Origin: Myxococcota bacterium
Lineage (GTDB): Bacteria > Myxococcota_A > UBA9160 > UBA6930
NCBI GenBank assembly: GCA_965223415.1
Contig: OZ245002.1
Span: 3,744,001-3,808,000 of the forward strand
Length of the DNA: 64,000 bases
Reading direction: 5' to 3'
Position numbers and translations under genes: made by a program. The notes beneath the pieces were generated by a model. That model was given only the letters and a program-made list of their open reading frames with translations. It had not been told where the DNA came from and did no database searches. Shown here piece after piece: positions 1 through 11,160 of this stretch (position 1 is its first letter; each line of letters begins with the position of its first letter).

Positions 1-129
1 CCAGCCGCAGCAGGCGATTGCCTTCCGTGACGAGCAGGTGCTCGCCACCGGCGGCCGCCGGCAGCCAGCACGCGAGGACCAAGCCGGCGATTCGCTTCAT
101 GGGGCGCAGGGTACCGCGCCCGCCGACCG

Positions 130-858
130 CTACAGACGGAAGGGACCCGTGAGCTCGTCCAGCAGACGGGAGAGCGCCGCGACGTCGTCGGGCCCCATCT
201 CCAGGAACTGCACGCCCATGCCGCCGGGCAGGTCCGGGCGCGGCGGCGCCTCGCCTTCGTGGGTGTGGGCGACCCGGGCCCGCAAGAACACCGACGCAGG
301 TTGGAGCGGGAGCTCCAGGTCCACCTCGGTGCCCTCGTCGAAGGGCGGCTCGACGCCCAGGTAGGCGCCGCCGGTGGAGAGATCGCAGACGATCGCCTGT
401 CGTCGCTGGCCATCCTGCAGGGTGCCGGCGAAGAGCTGGGCCGGCACGCGCAGGTTCTTGCGCCGCTCGGTCGGATCGCCGGCCATCAGCGCCGCCGCGG
501 TGACGAAGCGCAGCTCCCGGGGCTCGAAAGGCTCCCACAGGCACCAGCGCACGCCGCGCCGGCGCAGGTGGCTGGTCACCGGGAGATCCGGCTCCAGGCC
601 GACCGGCACGAGGGACTCGACGCCGCCCCCGAGCCGCGGGCAGACCCTCTCGATGAGTCCGTCGAAGTCGGAGGGCTCCAGCGAAGATGGAACCAGCAGC
701 GCTCCGAGCCGCTCCGTCTCCTGGCTGGCCAGGAGCATCGCCTCGTCCGGGTCGGCGGCATACAGCACGTCGATGCCGTTCTCGATCAGGGTCAGGGCGG
801 CGCGGCCGAGCTCACCGGCATCCGAGTCGAAGATGAGGGCGAAGCGCTCGTACTCCAC
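130..858 (-). CDS. PilZ-domain protein with N-terminal degenerate receiver-like domain
   Basis: C-terminal ERRKNLR and DLSTGG match the PilZ RxxxR / DxSxxG motifs. Start GTG 858 is preferred because GTG 870 lies inside a sigma28-like -10 box. Confidence 0.8.
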   Translation of the reverse strand: MEYERFALIFDSDAGELGRAALTLIENGIDVLYAADPDEAMLLASQETERLGALLVPSSLEPSDFDGLIERVCPRLGGGVESLVPVGLEPDLPVTSHLRRRGVRWCLWEPFEPRELRFVTAAALMAGDPTERRKNLRVPAQLFAGTLQDGQRRQAIVCDLSTGGAYLGVEPPFDEGTEVDLELPLQPASVFLRARVAHTHEGEAPPRPDLPGGMGVQFLEMGPDDVAALSRLLDELTGPFRL

Positions 859-868
859 GATACGACGC

Positions 869-896
869 ACATCGGCTGGGCGGAGAGCCGGCTGTA
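869..896 (-). promoter_or_regulatory. Putative sigma28 (FliA/WhiG)-type promoter
   Basis: Minus strand reads TACAG-N15-GCCGATGT directly upstream of the PilZ gene. Confidence 0.45.
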
Positions 897-903
897 GCCG
901 GGC

Positions 904-3900
904 CTAGAGCGTCATGACGTAGGCGACGAGGTCCCGCAGCTCCTCCGGCTCGAGCGCCAGCCCCATCGGCGGCATGCCGCTCGAGGGCTCGGTCCGGCGG
1001 GAGATCTCCGCTTCGTCGATCTCCACCTCCTGGCCGTCCCCGACCCGCAGCCGCAGGGCCTCGCCGTTCGCCTCCAGCAGGGTGCCCGTGACGATGCCGC
1101 CGTTCCGGCGGGTGACCGCCACCGTTGCGTAGCCCGGGGCGATCTCGGCCTGGGGATCGAGGACCGAGCGAAGCACGTGCTCGGCGCCGCGTTCTCCGAC
1201 GCCGGCCAGGTCCGGCCCGGCCTGGGCGCCGTGGCCGCCCCCGGCGTGACAGCGCTGGCAGTCGCCGGCGCCCTGGAAGACGATCCGGCCCCGCTCCGGC
1301 GCCCCGCCCGCCAGGGCCCAGCCCCGGGCCGCCACCGGATCCGCATCGGCGAGGGAGGTCTCCCAGGCGGCCAGGGCCCGGGCGACCGCTTCCGACTCCC
1401 GGCGGCGTGCCGCTTCCAGCGCATCCAGGCTCACGTCGCCGTCCAGGGATCCCTCCGTGAGCCGTTCGACCGCCTCGGCGAGGAAGGCGTCGGCGGCGGG
1501 GCCGGGCAGGCCGCCGGCCGTCGCCCAGCTTCGCTGGCGCTCGAGGAGCGGCGCATCGGCGGGTAGCGCCCGCACGGCCTCGAGGGCGGCCTCGGGATCC
1601 CGGACCGCCAGCAGGTCGCGGGCCTCGGCCCGGAGCGCCGGCGCCTCGCTCGCCAGGGCGCCGGCGAGGGCGTCCGGGAGCCCCGCCGCGTCCCCGCGCG
1701 CCGCGAGGGCCCGCAGGCTGGCCACACGGCGATCCGCCTCGAGGGACCGGTCCGTCACCCGGGCGGCCAGCTCGTCGTCGTCCAGGGGCACCCGGTCGTA
1801 GGCCAGCGCCACCTCCAGCGCCCGCCCGCCGAGCTCCCCCTCGACGAGGGCGGGGCCGAAGCGGTCGAGGGCGGCGTGCACGACCTCGGCGGGACGCTCC
1901 GGAAGCGGGCGATGGAAGCCCATCACGAGCTCCCGCGGCGCGGGCTCCGTGAACTCGGCCAGGCTCTCCAGGGCGAGCTGCCGCATGGCCAGCGGGTGCC
2001 GCACATCGGCGGCGTGGGCGGCCAGGGCCAGGGCGGCGGCCTCGGTGCCGAGGCTGCGGTTCGCGTCGATGACGCGCCGGTGCAGCGCCAGGCTCGACTG
2101 GGGGTCGTCGTCTCTCGGAAGCCGCGCGGCGGGCAGGGCCGCCAGGGCCGACAAGGCCTCCGGGATCGGCAGGTCGTGGATCGCCCGGGCGGCCTCCAGG
2201 ACGAGAAAGGGATCCGGGTCGGCGAGGTAGCGTGCGAGGCGCGGATCGCCGGCGTGGCGCAGGGCCAGCAGCACGCCCAGGCGCACCGAGCGGGAATCGT
2301 CGCCGGCGTGGGCGAGCAGCGCCTCGTCGTCGCCGATACGGAACAGCGCGAAGGAGGCGGCGTGGCGCAGGTAGACGTCGGCGTCGGCGTTCTCCCGGAG
2401 GAGCTCGACCAGGGGAGCCACGGCCTCCCGGGCACCGAGGCGGCCCAGGGACTGGGCCGCGAAGAACCGCACGCGAGGCTCTGCATCCCCGAGCGCCGCG
2501 AGCAGCGCCGGGACGAAGGCTCCGGCGCCCGCCTCGCCCGCCACCTTGGCCAGCTGGGCGCGAAGCTCGCCCGGCGCCTCGGGGCTCGCCAGGAGCTCTC
2601 CGAGCCCCGCGGCTTCCAGGGCGCCCGCGCCGAGCTGGCCCAGGCCCCACAGCCCGTGCAGACGCGGAACCAGCTCGGCCCCCGTTTCGCGCACCCGCGC
2701 CGCGAAGGGCGCGGGATCCCCGCGCCGGGCCAGCTCGAGCTGGGCGCGCAGGCGCAGCCGCCGGTCGGCGTGGCCGAGTAGCCCGGCGAGCTCCTCGCTC
2801 CCCCGACCTTCGAACCCCTCGCGTACCGCCCGCGCCACCTCCGCCACCCGCGGATCGGCCACGGCGGTCTGGTGGCGGAACACCCGGATCGCCTGGGTCA
2901 TCCCGAACTGGTCGAACTCGGAGACGACGAGCCGGCCGTCGTAGGCGAAGTCCACGTCGGTGGCGAGCAGGTTGCCGGCGAACATGTGCTCGTCCGTGAG
3001 CTCGAAGTGGGCGCCCTTCGGCCGCAGGGCGAAGGACCAGATCCCGCTCATCGCGGCCTGGTAGCGGTAGTCGCAAAGAAAGAAGTGGCCCCGGTAGCGC
3101 TCGGGCAGGCCGGTGCCCGGATAGGCGGCGAAGCCGGCCGGGCCGCTGCCGAGGTGGGCGATCGGCGGCAGCACCCAGGCGGGCTGGCCCGCGTGCTGGA
3201 GCTCCCACAGGCGTTCCGCGTTCCAGGGCCCGCGCACGTAGTCGTCGACCAGGGTCTGGTAGGGCATCGCCCAGCCGGTCTCCCCGCCGTCGACCAGGTA
3301 GACGACCCGCGCGAGATCGCCGCCGTCGCCGTTGTTGTCGCCGGTGAAGAGGTTGCCGTGATCGTCGAAGGCCAGCTCCTGGGGGTTGCGCACGCCGGTG
3401 GCGAAGACCTCGACGTCGCTGCCGTCCGGGTTCATGCGCAGCACGGCGCCCCGGCCCGGGCCCATCGTGGGCGTGAGCTGCCGTCCCTCGCGGGTGGTGA
3501 CGTGGTATCCCCGGTCGCCGACGGACCAGTAGATCTTCCCGTCCGGGCCCCAGGCGAGGCCGTGCATGTCGTGGCCGACCAGGGAGGTCTTCACGCCGTA
3601 GCCCGTCGAGAGCACCTCGCGCACCTCCGCCGCGCCGTCGTCGTCCGCGTCCCGAAGGCGGTAGAGGCTGGGGATCGAGGTGACGTAGACATCACCTTCG
3701 TGGGCGAGGACGCCGGCGATGAGGCCGTCGGTCCAGTCCTGGAAGCGGGCGACCTCGTCGACCCGGTCGGCGCGCCCGTCGTCGTCACTGTCGACGAGGC
3801 GGATCAGCCGGTCCGCCTTGCGAGTGAAGTGGTCGGCGTCGAAGTGCTCGGTGGCGGCCCACTTCTCGTAGTAGGCGCGGCGATCGGCCACGCTCCTCGA

Positions 3901-4239
3901 GGCCAGGTCGTCGAGCAGCCAGCCGTCCGGCGTGAAGCGGTTGTCCTCCACGCCGCCCTGGTTCATGCGGTCGCCCTCGGCCACGTAGACCCGCCCATGC
4001 TCGTCGACCTCGATCGCGACCGGCACCGCCGGGAGCAGGCCCTCCTCGAAGGGGAGCTCCTCCATGCCTTCGATCAGCTCCGTCGGACAGCCCACCACGG
4101 CGCACCACACGGCGCCCGGCGCCAGCTGGACCGCGTAGATCGCCACCTGCCAGGCGGGAATGCCGTAGTCCGTCTGCCAGCAGCCGGGCGTTACGAGACC
4201 GAGGGCCGTGGCGAGCAGGGCGACGCGGGCCCGCTTCAA
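904..4239 (-). CDS. PVC-type heme-binding CxxCH lipoprotein (sugar-dehydrogenase-like beta-propeller + HEAT repeats + cytochrome c)
   Basis: TTG start overlaps the upstream TGA. Lipobox-like VTPGC, propeller motifs ([29 protein letters not shown]), HEAT-like repeats, CQRCH and C-terminal SGMP. Confidence 0.85.
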   Translation of the reverse strand: MKRARVALLATALGLVTPGCWQTDYGIPAWQVAIYAVQLAPGAVWCAVVGCPTELIEGMEELPFEEGLLPAVPVAIEVDEHGRVYVAEGDRMNQGGVEDNRFTPDGWLLDDLASRSVADRRAYYEKWAATEHFDADHFTRKADRLIRLVDSDDDGRADRVDEVARFQDWTDGLIAGVLAHEGDVYVTSIPSLYRLRDADDDGAAEVREVLSTGYGVKTSLVGHDMHGLAWGPDGKIYWSVGDRGYHVTTREGRQLTPTMGPGRGAVLRMNPDGSDVEVFATGVRNPQELAFDDHGNLFTGDNNGDGGDLARVVYLVDGGETGWAMPYQTLVDDYVRGPWNAERLWELQHAGQPAWVLPPIAHLGSGPAGFAAYPGTGLPERYRGHFFLCDYRYQAAMSGIWSFALRPKGAHFELTDEHMFAGNLLATDVDFAYDGRLVVSEFDQFGMTQAIRVFRHQTAVADPRVAEVARAVREGFEGRGSEELAGLLGHADRRLRLRAQLELARRGDPAPFAARVRETGAELVPRLHGLWGLGQLGAGALEAAGLGELLASPEAPGELRAQLAKVAGEAGAGAFVPALLAALGDAEPRVRFFAAQSLGRLGAREAVAPLVELLRENADADVYLRHAASFALFRIGDDEALLAHAGDDSRSVRLGVLLALRHAGDPRLARYLADPDPFLVLEAARAIHDLPIPEALSALAALPAARLPRDDDPQSSLALHRRVIDANRSLGTEAAALALAAHAADVRHPLAMRQLALESLAEFTEPAPRELVMGFHRPLPERPAEVVHAALDRFGPALVEGELGGRALEVALAYDRVPLDDDELAARVTDRSLEADRRVASLRALAARGDAAGLPDALAGALASEAPALRAEARDLLAVRDPEAALEAVRALPADAPLLERQRSWATAGGLPGPAADAFLAEAVERLTEGSLDGDVSLDALEAARRRESEAVARALAAWETSLADADPVAARGWALAGGAPERGRIVFQGAGDCQRCHAGGGHGAQAGPDLAGVGERGAEHVLRSVLDPQAEIAPGYATVAVTRRNGGIVTGTLLEANGEALRLRVGDGQEVEIDEAEISRRTEPSSGMPPMGLALEPEELRDLVAYVMTL

Positions 4240-5354
4240 GGGCGCTCCCAGCTCCGGTTCTCGTGGGAGCGCTCCACCGCATCCAGCACGCGCTGGTTGC
4301 GCACGCCGTCCTCGAAGTTCGGTGTGGGGGAGGCGCCGGCCGCGATGCCGCGCAAGAAGTCGAGCACCGTGTGGGTGAAGGTGTGCTCGTAGCCCAGGAT
4401 GTGGCCCGGCGGCCACCAGGCCTCCACGTAGGGGTGGCTCGGGTCCGTCGCCAGGACGGTCCGGAAGCCACTCTCCGGTCCCTCCTCCTCGTACACCTCG
4501 AGCTCGTTCATGCGCTCGAGGTCGAAGGCCAGGGAGCCCCGGCTGCCGTTGATCTCGAAGCGGTTGTAGTTCTTGCGGCCGGGGGCGAAGCGCGAGCCCT
4601 CGACGCTGCCGATGGCTCCGTTCTCGAAGCGGAGCAGGGCCAGCGCGGCGTCGTCCACGTCCACCGGGCCCCGGCCGCTGCCGTCCTCCAGGGGTCGCTC
4701 GGAGACGAAGGTCTCGAGCAGGCCCGACACCTCCGCGATCTCCCCGACCAGGAAGCGGGCGAGGTCGAGGGAGTGGGAGCCGATGTCGCCGAGGGAGCCG
4801 CTGCCGGCCCGGGCCTTCTCGAGCCGCCACACGCGGGGGAACTCCGGGTCCACGATCCAGTCCTGGAGGTAGGTGCCCCGGTAGTGGTGGAGGCGGCCGA
4901 GCCGGCCCTCGTCGAGGAGGCGCTTCGCGAGCTGCACGGCCGGTGCCCGGCGGTAGTTGTGGCAGAGCATGTGGACGATGCCGGCCTTCCGGGCCGCCTC
5001 CAACATCTGCTCGGCCTCGTCGGTGCGGTTCGCGAGGGGCTTCTCGCACAGGATCGCCTTGCCGGCTTCGGCGGCACCGAGGACGATCGGGTGGTGGGAG
5101 TCGCCGGGCGTGCACACGTCCACCACGTCGACGTCGCCGCGGCGGACCACCTCCCGCCAGTCGGTCGCGTGCTCGGCGAAGCCGAAGCGCTCCGCCGCCG
5201 CGGCCACCTCGGGCTCGTTGCGCCCGCACACGACGCGGAGCTCCGGCTCGAAGGGCAGGTCGAAGAAGCGCGCGACCTGGCGCCAGGCATTCGAGTGGGC
5301 GCGGCCCATGAACTGGTAGCCGATCATCGCCACCCCGAGCTTCGGCTTCGCCAC
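4236..5354 (-). CDS. Gfo/Idh/MocA family oxidoreductase
   Basis: [14 protein letters not shown] and GSLGDIGSH motifs; GTG start 5354. Confidence 0.92.
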   Translation of the reverse strand: MAKPKLGVAMIGYQFMGRAHSNAWRQVARFFDLPFEPELRVVCGRNEPEVAAAAERFGFAEHATDWREVVRRGDVDVVDVCTPGDSHHPIVLGAAEAGKAILCEKPLANRTDEAEQMLEAARKAGIVHMLCHNYRRAPAVQLAKRLLDEGRLGRLHHYRGTYLQDWIVDPEFPRVWRLEKARAGSGSLGDIGSHSLDLARFLVGEIAEVSGLLETFVSERPLEDGSGRGPVDVDDAALALLRFENGAIGSVEGSRFAPGRKNYNRFEINGSRGSLAFDLERMNELEVYEEEGPESGFRTVLATDPSHPYVEAWWPPGHILGYEHTFTHTVLDFLRGIAAGASPTPNFEDGVRNQRVLDAVERSHENRSWERP

Positions 5355-5358
5355 CCGC

Positions 5359-6600
5359 CTAGCTCCGGTAGGCCTGGCGGCCCACGCCCTGCACCGGGAT
5401 GCCCTGGGCGGGCAGCACCTCGTGCTGGAGCGCATACATGCTCGCGGCGGCCCGATCGATCGCGCGGGTGAAGGCGATCGAGCCCTTCAGGATCGGCAGC
5501 AGCGCCTCCTTCTCCTGCACCCGCGCCGGCGGGTACTCGTGCTCGACGATGAGCGGCGTCCGGGCCACGTCGAGCTCCAGGAGCTCCCGGGCGGCGAGCT
5601 GGTGATCGAGCCAGTCGACTGTCTTGTTCTGCAGGTAGGCGAGGGGATCGTGGCGGGCGGTGCCGGGCAGCTCGTGCTCGCACAGGACCGTCTGCTTCTT
5701 CCAGGCGTTGCCCTGGTCCGCAGGGCTCGCGGAGGGCTCACCGTCCTTCCAATCGCCGCGCTCCACGGTCTGGCCGCCGTAGCCCCAGGCCGCCACGCCC
5801 TTCGGGTCGATGACCTGCCCCTTCACGTGGAAGCCCGAGATGAGGAACGGGTAGCCCTCGTCCCGGAGCACCTGGAAGATCGCGCGGGTGTCCTGCCCCA
5901 TCAGGACGGCGTGGGACGGGTCGTAGTGGACCCGCAGCTGGTCCCCGACCCCGTGCTTCTCGCAGACGCGGTGGAGCGCGATCCACGGGCCCGGCGCGTA
6001 GGCGATGTTGTTGTGGAAAGCGTCGCCGGTGGTCCAGCCGGGCATCGGGCACTGCTCGATGCGGTACTCGAGGCCCCGCGCCTTGGCTTCCCGGAGCAGG
6101 GGGACGAAGCTCTCCTCGAAGTCGAGCAGGTTCTGGTCCATCGAGAGCTTGTGGTTGCGGCCGACGAAGCCGCACACCGCCGGCGCCTCCAGCAGCACCG
6201 CCGCGTCGAAGACCCGCAGCATGAACTCGTGCTTCTTGCGGCGAACCGCCGCCTCCTCGTGGAGCATGTTGTCGAAGTAGCCCAGGTCCGCGATCGCCAC
6301 GCCGGTGGACTTGACGGCGGCCTGCACGCGGCTAGCCCGTTCGCGGTCGAAGGGCGCGCGCAGGTCGAGGGTGTTGGCCACCGGGTCGAGCATGGCCTCC
6401 GCGGGCACGTCGGACTCGTCCGGGTGCAGGGCCGCAGCGAGCTGGATGCACTCCACGTCGAGCTCGGCGGCGAAGGCCAGCCACTCCTCGATGGCGAGGT
6501 CCGGGTCCGGATCCCGCCGCTCTCGGGGCGTCAGCTCCTGCAGGGCGGCGGTCAGCACGCCGACCGGCATGTACTGGGGCTCGAAGGATCGGGTGGTCAT
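5359..6600 (-). CDS. Sugar phosphate isomerase/epimerase (xylose-isomerase-like TIM barrel)
   Basis: [18 protein letters not shown] and VEHE metal motifs; ATGA overlap with the upstream gene. Confidence 0.8.
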   Translation of the reverse strand: MTTRSFEPQYMPVGVLTAALQELTPRERRDPDPDLAIEEWLAFAAELDVECIQLAAALHPDESDVPAEAMLDPVANTLDLRAPFDRERASRVQAAVKSTGVAIADLGYFDNMLHEEAAVRRKKHEFMLRVFDAAVLLEAPAVCGFVGRNHKLSMDQNLLDFEESFVPLLREAKARGLEYRIEQCPMPGWTTGDAFHNNIAYAPGPWIALHRVCEKHGVGDQLRVHYDPSHAVLMGQDTRAIFQVLRDEGYPFLISGFHVKGQVIDPKGVAAWGYGGQTVERGDWKDGEPSASPADQGNAWKKQTVLCEHELPGTARHDPLAYLQNKTVDWLDHQLAARELLELDVARTPLIVEHEYPPARVQEKEALLPILKGSIAFTRAIDRAAASMYALQHEVLPAQGIPVQGVGRQAYRS

Positions 6601-7469
6601 GCTCCTCCTCCGTTGGCGCGGCGCTCCCACTCGCGTTTCATGAAGGCCAGGCCGTCCCGGGCCAGGCCCTCCTCGTCGTCGAACATGCGCCGCCAGATCT
6701 TCGTGGCCGCGGCCAGACCCGGCAGCGCCGAGCCGAAGGCCTCGATGGTCAGCCAGCCGTCGTAGCCCGTGGCGGCCAGGGCGTCGAACGTGTCGTCCCA
6801 GCGCACCTGGCCGGCGCCGGGGGTGCTGCGGTCGTTCTCCGAGACGTGCACGTGACGGATGGCCGTCCCGGCCCGGCGGATCGCCGCGCCCGGATCCTTC
6901 TCCTCGATGTGGGCGTGGAAGGTGTCGTAGTGCACGCCGGCGCCCGGCCGACCGAGCTCCCGGACGTAGCGGGCCGTGTCCTCCGTGCTGTTGAGCAGGT
7001 AGATCTCGAAGCGGTTCAGGAACTCGAAGACGAGGGTGATGCCGGCCCGGGCCGCGTGGTCCGCCGCGTGGCCCATCACCTCGAGGCTGTGGGTCCACTC
7101 CCCGTTGGTGGGCCCCTCGCCGCTGAAGCGGCCGATGGCCGCGTAGAGCGGACCGCCCAGGATCTCCGCACCCGCCGCCTCCGCGCAGTCGACGGCGTGG
7201 CACAGCGCCGAGACGGCCGCCTTGCGCACCGCCGGGTCCGGCGAGATCGGATCGTCCTCCTCGTTGCGCACGCAGATGGCGGTGCGCGCGAGGCCCATGT
7301 CCTCGAGCCGGGCGCCGAGCTCCGCGAAGCTCTCGGGCTCGCCGCCGAAGATCGGCAGCTCGAGCCCGTCGAAGCCCATGGCCGCGAGCCGCTCGTAGAG
7401 GGGCAGCAGCGACTCCTGGGTGGGGTCGTCGGTCCACAGGAGCAGGTTCATGCCGTAGCGCACGCTCAT
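6597..7469 (-). CDS. D-psicose/D-tagatose 3-epimerase family protein
   Basis: [29 protein letters not shown] and TIEAF. Confidence 0.9.
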   Translation of the reverse strand: MSVRYGMNLLLWTDDPTQESLLPLYERLAAMGFDGLELPIFGGEPESFAELGARLEDMGLARTAICVRNEEDDPISPDPAVRKAAVSALCHAVDCAEAAGAEILGGPLYAAIGRFSGEGPTNGEWTHSLEVMGHAADHAARAGITLVFEFLNRFEIYLLNSTEDTARYVRELGRPGAGVHYDTFHAHIEEKDPGAAIRRAGTAIRHVHVSENDRSTPGAGQVRWDDTFDALAATGYDGWLTIEAFGSALPGLAAATKIWRRMFDDEEGLARDGLAFMKREWERRANGGGA

Positions 7470-8467
7470 CGCTCGATCTCGATCATCACCTTGCCGCTCT
7501 TCTCCGGGTCTCTCGCGACGGCCATCGCCTCGCCGAAGGCGTCGAGGCCGAAGCGGTGGGTGATCATCGGGCCGAGGTCGCGCCGGGCCAGCAGCTCGAT
7601 CATGGCGTTGTAGTCCGACGGGTACTCCATCGCACCGCGGATCGTCAGCTGCTTCATCATCACCAGGAGGAACGGCACCTCGGTCGGCTGCCGGTGCAGC
7701 GCGACCACCGAGAGCCTGGCCTCGGGCGCTGCCTGCTGGAGGATCTCCGGGATCACCGCCGGCGCGCCGGAGGCCTCGATGTAGGCGTGGCTCCCGGCCA
7801 TGGGGGCGCCCATCAGCGGCGTCGTCCCGTGCAGGTCGCGAATCCGCGCCCAGGTGTCGTCCCGGTCGGCGCGGATCGTCGCCGCGGCGCCGAGCTTCTC
7901 GGCCAGGGCGAGCCGCGCCTCCGAGAGATCGACGGCGACCACGTCGTCCACGCCGCGATCGCGCAGGGTGGCGATGGCGGCCAGCCCGATCGGGCCTGCG
8001 CCGAATACGACCACCTTCTCCCCGGGCGCCGCTCCGCTGCGGTCCACCGCGTTCATGCCGACGCCGAGGGGCTCGGTGAGGGCCGCCCGGTCGAAGGGCA
8101 GCGCGTCGGGGATGGGGAAGAGGGCGTCTCCGGCAGCGGCGTCGCGCACGAGGAGCCGTGGGGTGAAGCCGCCTTCCGGGCCGCCGTTGCCGATGCGCGC
8201 CCGGCTCGGGTTCAGCACCACCCGGGTGCCGGGAGCGAGCCCCTCCACCTCGGCGCCGACGCTCTCCACCACACCGGCGAGCTCGTGGCCCAGGGGCATC
8301 GGCGCGCGGCTCGGGCCGGCCACGCCGCCGAGCTGCACGTAGCCCACATCGCTGCCGCAGATGCCACAGGCGGCGACCCGGACCACCGCGTCCCGCGGTC
8401 CGGCCTCCGGCAGCTCGACGTCGTCGAGGCGGACGTCGTCCGGGCCGTGGATCTGGACCAGCTTCAC
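7466..8467 (-). CDS. Zinc-binding (MDR) dehydrogenase
   Basis: CGICGSD, GHE and GAGPIG; no structural-Zn Cys cluster. Confidence 0.9.
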   Translation of the reverse strand: MKLVQIHGPDDVRLDDVELPEAGPRDAVVRVAACGICGSDVGYVQLGGVAGPSRAPMPLGHELAGVVESVGAEVEGLAPGTRVVLNPSRARIGNGGPEGGFTPRLLVRDAAAGDALFPIPDALPFDRAALTEPLGVGMNAVDRSGAAPGEKVVVFGAGPIGLAAIATLRDRGVDDVVAVDLSEARLALAEKLGAAATIRADRDDTWARIRDLHGTTPLMGAPMAGSHAYIEASGAPAVIPEILQQAAPEARLSVVALHRQPTEVPFLLVMMKQLTIRGAMEYPSDYNAMIELLARRDLGPMITHRFGLDAFGEAMAVARDPEKSGKVMIEIER

Positions 8468-8517
8468 CGGGGGGGCGCCTCCAGGCGCCCCAGGGTAGGG
8501 CAGCCCTGCCGAAGGGC

Positions 8518-8952
8518 CTACGGGCTCGTGACGAAGGGCTTGCCCGGCGTCCCCAGCGCCGCGGGCGGCGGATTCGTCGGCGGCGGGTTCGTGGGCGGCG
8601 GCGCCTGGACGCCCGGTCGGAAACGCTCGTTGGAGGGCGCGCTGACCTGGCCGTTGGTGCCGGTGGCGGTGATCGCCACGTAGATGTCCTTGGCGTCGGA
8701 GACGATCACGTTGAAGACGTACGCCCCGTTCTGCAGGGTCGGCTTGCCCGCGTTGATCTGCTGGGTGTAGCTGCGCGACGAGCTGCCCAGGTGAACCGTG
8801 AAGCCGGCCACCGAGGCCGGGTTCCCGTGCTGCCAGCGCAGCTGCTCGGTGCGGGCCTGGGCAGCCCCGGCCAGGCCGAGGACGCAGGCCGCCACGAGGA
8901 GGGCGAGCCCGGTCGGTGCCGCTCGCCGCGTCCGTCTGTGCTGCCGTGCCAT
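8518..8952 (-). CDS. Small secreted FN3-like protein with Pro/Thr-rich tail
   Basis: Signal peptide ending AAQA; beta-rich domain ending SAPSNE; PPPTNPPPTNPPP tail; SD GAGAGG. Confidence 0.6.
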   Translation of the reverse strand: MARQHRRTRRAAPTGLALLVAACVLGLAGAAQARTEQLRWQHGNPASVAGFTVHLGSSSRSYTQQINAGKPTLQNGAYVFNVIVSDAKDIYVAITATGTNGQVSAPSNERFRPGVQAPPPTNPPPTNPPPAALGTPGKPFVTSP

Positions 8953-8972
8953 TCGCATCCTCTCGACTCTCC

Positions 8973-10553
8973 CTAGGGAGACAGGGTGTTCCACGCCGCG
9001 GCCGGGTTGCCGTCCGCGCCGCTCCACTGCGTCGCCCAGCGGAGCACGCGGCGCTTGCGATTCTTGAGCTTCACGGCGACCTGTCGCCGGTCGATCTCGG
9101 CACCCAGGGTGACGCCCGCTCGCTGCAGGGCAAGCTCCGGGATGCCGTCGCCGTCGACGTCCGCCGTGCCGCTCACCCGGTAGGCCTTGCGGCTGGAGGA
9201 GGCCACGGCCTTGTCGGGCGGCTGCATGCCGTTCATGAACCACACGACCAGGTAGTGGCGACGATGGCCCTTGCGGCGTCGGGTGAGGTTCCAGACCAGG
9301 TCGTCCCGGCCGTCCTCGTCCAGGTCGGCGACGGTGGCGATCCGGTCGCCGGGCGGCATGTCGGGCAGGCTGCCGACGGCCACCGGGCTCGTGCCGCGCA
9401 TCCGCCACCACTCGAGATGGCTGCCGCCCTGCCAGACGAGGTCGGTGTGGCCGTCGCCGTCCATGTCGCCGGTCGCGGCGAGCGCGAAGCCTCTGGGCGC
9501 GTTGCCCAGGTCGATCACCTGGCTCCGCGTGCCCTGGCGCGTCAGGGTCCAGACCCGATTGGCGCCGTTCGCGCGGCTCCAGAGCAGATCCGTGACGCCG
9601 TCGCCGTTCATGTCGGCACAGCTGCTGAGCTTCCAGGTCGGGAGCTGGTGGGGAAGGGCCCGCACCACCGCGCGGGTGCCGCGCAGCCTCCACAGCTCGC
9701 TGCGACCCAACTGGGCGTCGTGCCACAGCACATCCGCCTGGCCGTCGCCGTCGAAGTCGGCGACGTCGACGGGCACCAGATTGGCGTCCCGCTGGGTGCC
9801 GAGCGTTCGCACGCTGACCTTCTGGCCCCGGTTCATCATCCAGGCGTGGAGCTTGCCGGTGGCCGGGTCGTGGAACAGCAGGTCCGCGCTGCCGTTGCCG
9901 TCGAGATCGAGGCTGTCCAGGACGGCATTCGGCTGCGGGTTGCGCGGAGTGGTCGTCCCGGAGCCACCGCCGTCGCCATTACCGCCGGAGCTGCTTCCGC
10001 CCCCACTTCCGCCGCCGGAGGTCCCGCCTTCGCCGGAGCCACCGCCGGAACCGCCTCCGCCGCTGGAGCCACCCCCGCCGCTGGAGCCGCCGCCACCTTC
10101 ACCCGAGCCGCCGCCGGAGCCGCTTCCGCCCCCGCCGCCGCTCGAGCCACCCCCGCCTTCGCCGGAGCCGCCCCCGCTCGAGCCCCCGCCGCCGCTTCCG
10201 CCCCCGCCGCCCTCGCCGGAGCCCCCGCCGCCGGTCACGAAGCTGGCGATCTCGGAGATGGGGGACAGCGGGCCCTGGTTGCCCTGGGCATCGCGGGCCG
10301 CGACGCGGATCGTGACGTTCTCGCCGAACTGACCCTGGACCGTGACGGAGGTGCTGCTCACGATCTGGTCCGGCGTCGACGGGAAGGGGCTCCCGTTGCG
10401 CGACTCGAAGACCGCGTACTGCACAACGGGCCCAGAGGCCGCCGACCAGGAGAGCGTCGCGTGGTTCTGGCCGACCACCTGCTTGGCCGCGGCGGGTACG
10501 GCGGCGACCAGCACCACCAGAGCCGCTACGAAGAAATGTCGCGGTCGGAGCAT
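8973..10553 (-). CDS. Secreted FN3 + Gly/Ser linker + FG-GAP/VCBS-repeat protein
   Basis: Signal peptide; FN3-like LSWSAASG...VAARD; about six DxDGDGxxDL repeats. Confidence 0.8.
   Translation of the reverse strand: MLRPRHFFVAALVVLVAAVPAAAKQVVGQNHATLSWSAASGPVVQYAVFESRNGSPFPSTPDQIVSSTSVTVQGQFGENVTIRVAARDAQGNQGPLSPISEIASFVTGGGGSGEGGGGGSGGGGSSGGGSGEGGGGSSGGGGGSGSGGGSGEGGGGSSGGGGSSGGGGSGGGSGEGGTSGGGSGGGSSSGGNGDGGGSGTTTPRNPQPNAVLDSLDLDGNGSADLLFHDPATGKLHAWMMNRGQKVSVRTLGTQRDANLVPVDVADFDGDGQADVLWHDAQLGRSELWRLRGTRAVVRALPHQLPTWKLSSCADMNGDGVTDLLWSRANGANRVWTLTRQGTRSQVIDLGNAPRGFALAATGDMDGDGHTDLVWQGGSHLEWWRMRGTSPVAVGSLPDMPPGDRIATVADLDEDGRDDLVWNLTRRRKGHRRHYLVVWFMNGMQPPDKAVASSSRKAYRVSGTADVDGDGIPELALQRAGVTLGAEIDRRQVAVKLKNRKRRVLRWATQWSGADGNPAAAWNTLSP
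9957..10232 (-). repeat. Low-complexity Gly/Ser linker (about 90 codons; GGGGS/GSGEG units)
   Basis: Direct translation. Confidence 0.85.
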
Positions 10554-10606
10554 GCGCCCCCCCATCAAGAACCACCGGACCGTTCGGATGTACGGAGGAC
10601 CGCGGA

Positions 10607-10622
10607 TGTGACTGTGGTCACG
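10607..10622. promoter_or_regulatory. CRP/FNR-family-like binding box
   Basis: TGTGA-ctgtgg-TCACG, 9/10 match to TGTGA-N6-TCACA, in the divergent intergenic region. Confidence 0.45.
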
Positions 10623-10858
10623 TACCCACGAAGGGCGGCGAGGAGTCCGCCTGGGCGCGGTCTTGGTCGCGGAAGCTGCGGCCTCGTGGAGGGCGAGGCC
10701 TGCCGGTGAGTTGCCTTGCGGGGGTCGGCCCGCGCTGGCCCTGCGTCGCGGGTCAGAAGGGCAGGTGCTACCTTGCGCGCCCCTCCGGGATGCCCCTCGG
10801 GAGGCAGTGACGTCACCGATCGGTGGGATCACCCGTTGCAGAGGAGAATCGAGACCAC

Positions 10859-11101
10859 GTGGCACGCGACGATCTGATCCAGGCGACCGGAAGCGTCGAC
10901 AAGATCCTCGGCGGCGGTCGCTACCAGATCTCGCTGGACAGCGGGCAGACGGTCACGGCCCAGCTCTCGGGCCGGATGCGCCGCTTCCGCATCCGGGTGA
11001 TCCCGGGCGACCGGGTCCAGGTCGGCCTGTCTCCCTACGATCCCACCCACGGGTTCATCACCTTCCGTCTGCGCGACGGCGAGCAGCCTCCGGGCAGCTA
11101 G
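10859..11101 (+). CDS. infA: Translation initiation factor IF-1 (divergent paralog)
   Basis: LSGRMRRFRIRVIPGDRVQVGLSPYD matches IF-1; GTG start, GAGGAG upstream. Confidence 0.9.
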   Translation: MARDDLIQATGSVDKILGGGRYQISLDSGQTVTAQLSGRMRRFRIRVIPGDRVQVGLSPYDPTHGFITFRLRDGEQPPGS

Positions 11102-11160
11102 GCCGTCCCTTGCCCGTCGCGCCGGGCCTCCTGCGCGGATGGCTGCGCGCTGTCCAGGCC

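Noticed and set aside
904..5229. Extended ORF-track starts (also 13486, 28327, 32227, 52012, 25213)
   Set aside because: The N-terminal extensions overlap neighbouring genes or repeats; starts were trimmed to codons supported by SD or stop/start overlap.
10807..10825. Palindromes GTGACGTCAC and CACCGATCGGTG upstream of infA as TetR sites
   Set aside because: Only a partial match to the 58603 operator; short GC palindromes are frequent by chance.
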